The notes beneath the pieces are model-generated. The model was not told the DNA's origin. It saw nothing but the letters and a program-made list of their open reading frames with translations, and ran no database searches. A program made the position numbers and the translations under genes. 64,000 nucleotides of DNA, from positions 444,959-508,958 of the forward strand of contig NMRA01000181.1 of NCBI GenBank assembly GCA_002633005.1, given 5' to 3'. Source of the stretch: Phoronis australis. Taxonomy: Eukaryota > Animalia > Phoronida. Of this stretch, positions 62,841-64,000 are shown in pieces. The stretch's first letter is position 1. The number at the start of each line of letters is the position of its first letter.

Positions 62841-64000
62841 CTGAAAGAAAAGTGAAATTTTAAGGTTTAGCAACAAAAAGATACATGTGGCCTTATATGT
62901 ACTTGATTGCCCACCAACATAGAAAATGTTGCAAGACCTGTCCCACCAAGTTGGGTGGACTAAATCTGGTATTGTGCTGGTCAGCAGTTTGTTTCATGAA
63001 AAGTGACTTAAGATTGTTTAAGACAGAAATTTGTTTTTTTTTGCTCCCATTTCATGATTGTCGAATAATTAAAAGCACATAGTCGCCTGGATTTAATTTG
63101 TACAAATTTTCTCCATAAGCAGCAATTATGGGTACATTCTCAGATATTTGGTTTGATTGAATGAGTTTCGACTATTTTTCATTGTTATGTGGAGTGTAAG
63201 ATCAAATTTCTATCTTAGGTCTTCATAACTCAGAACACAGGATTTTAACTAATGTGGAGGAACCCCTTACAGGGCCAGATCTATATATATACCTCTCAGG
63301 AGCCACGCTTAAAAAATACTGCCAGCCCAACAAAAACGCAACGCTGTTTCACTAAACTCCTCATCATCAGTATCCACCCCTGTCCTACCCAACATAGAAG
63401 AGAGATTCGAGAGAAGAGCGAACTTCATTGGAAGTCTTGACTGTAATAGGTTGTTTGTAAAGGAGTCTTTAAAATATCCAGATTGCAAAGAATTGAAAAA
63501 TCGTCACAAGTGTTCAGCTAGTATCTAGCAAGAAATAATGCATACATGATAGGTTCAATACATATTGGAAGAACAAACAATAGTTCTGACTGAAGAAAAA
63601 AACATGGTAACAACAAAATTGGCACGACTTATTTTCAAACTTTTTATCTATCAAGCAATATTCGCTAGTCTATATCACCTGCTTCCTACCTTATTTAACA
63701 GTAAGGCAAAGAATGAATGGATATTTCTGGGAAGGGGGTATATAAATATTCATGGTCAAGAGGTTTATTTCAACAAATCACAGTAATGCTTTATGGCACT
63801 GAGAAATGCCACCATTTACTGAACAAATGGAGCTGATATCTTAGAATTACGAGTAGCTATGAAGAGCGTCATTAGGTGGTTAAGTGACGTAAAATAAGTA
63901 ATAACTTGAGAACACATTCTTTAAGTGGTTTTGACTTTTCTCTAAAGTTAGTGTCCAATACAGGTACATAAATGAAAGTGACACTTCATGCATGGGTCAA

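Overview
Eukaryotic, intron-rich, AT-rich animal genomic DNA (repeat landscape suggests a marine invertebrate; species not determinable from sequence alone). Most entries in the six-frame ORF track are exon fragments or spurious. By manual splice-site and phase reconstruction the window holds: a Lys/Arg/Ser-rich terminal exon (1345-2145, +); a nodulin-like MFS transporter gene with an in-frame stop (5194-6777, -); a complete 15-exon, ~750-aa transglutaminase with intact Cys-His-Asp triad and a candidate alternative first exon (25401-42789, +); a complete 6-exon TIMM21 (45605-52854, -); a 3-exon orphan coiled-coil gene with an internal duplicated module (55754-57617, +); and the last three exons of a CAP-Gly protein (61040-62840, -). 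Repeats include decayed L1/Tx1-like and Penelope-like retroelements, tRNA-derived SINEs, GC-ended MITEs with 5-bp TSDs, a 2.7-kb long-TIR element with a 6-bp TSD, and a 1.8-kb near-identical duplication that begins at an N (probably two haplotypes). The most striking signal is two copies of a miniature LTR retroelement (TRIM) whose ~150-bp LTRs contain a tRNA-like Pol III promoter (A and B boxes), with a tRNA-Ser primer-binding site and a polypurine tract.
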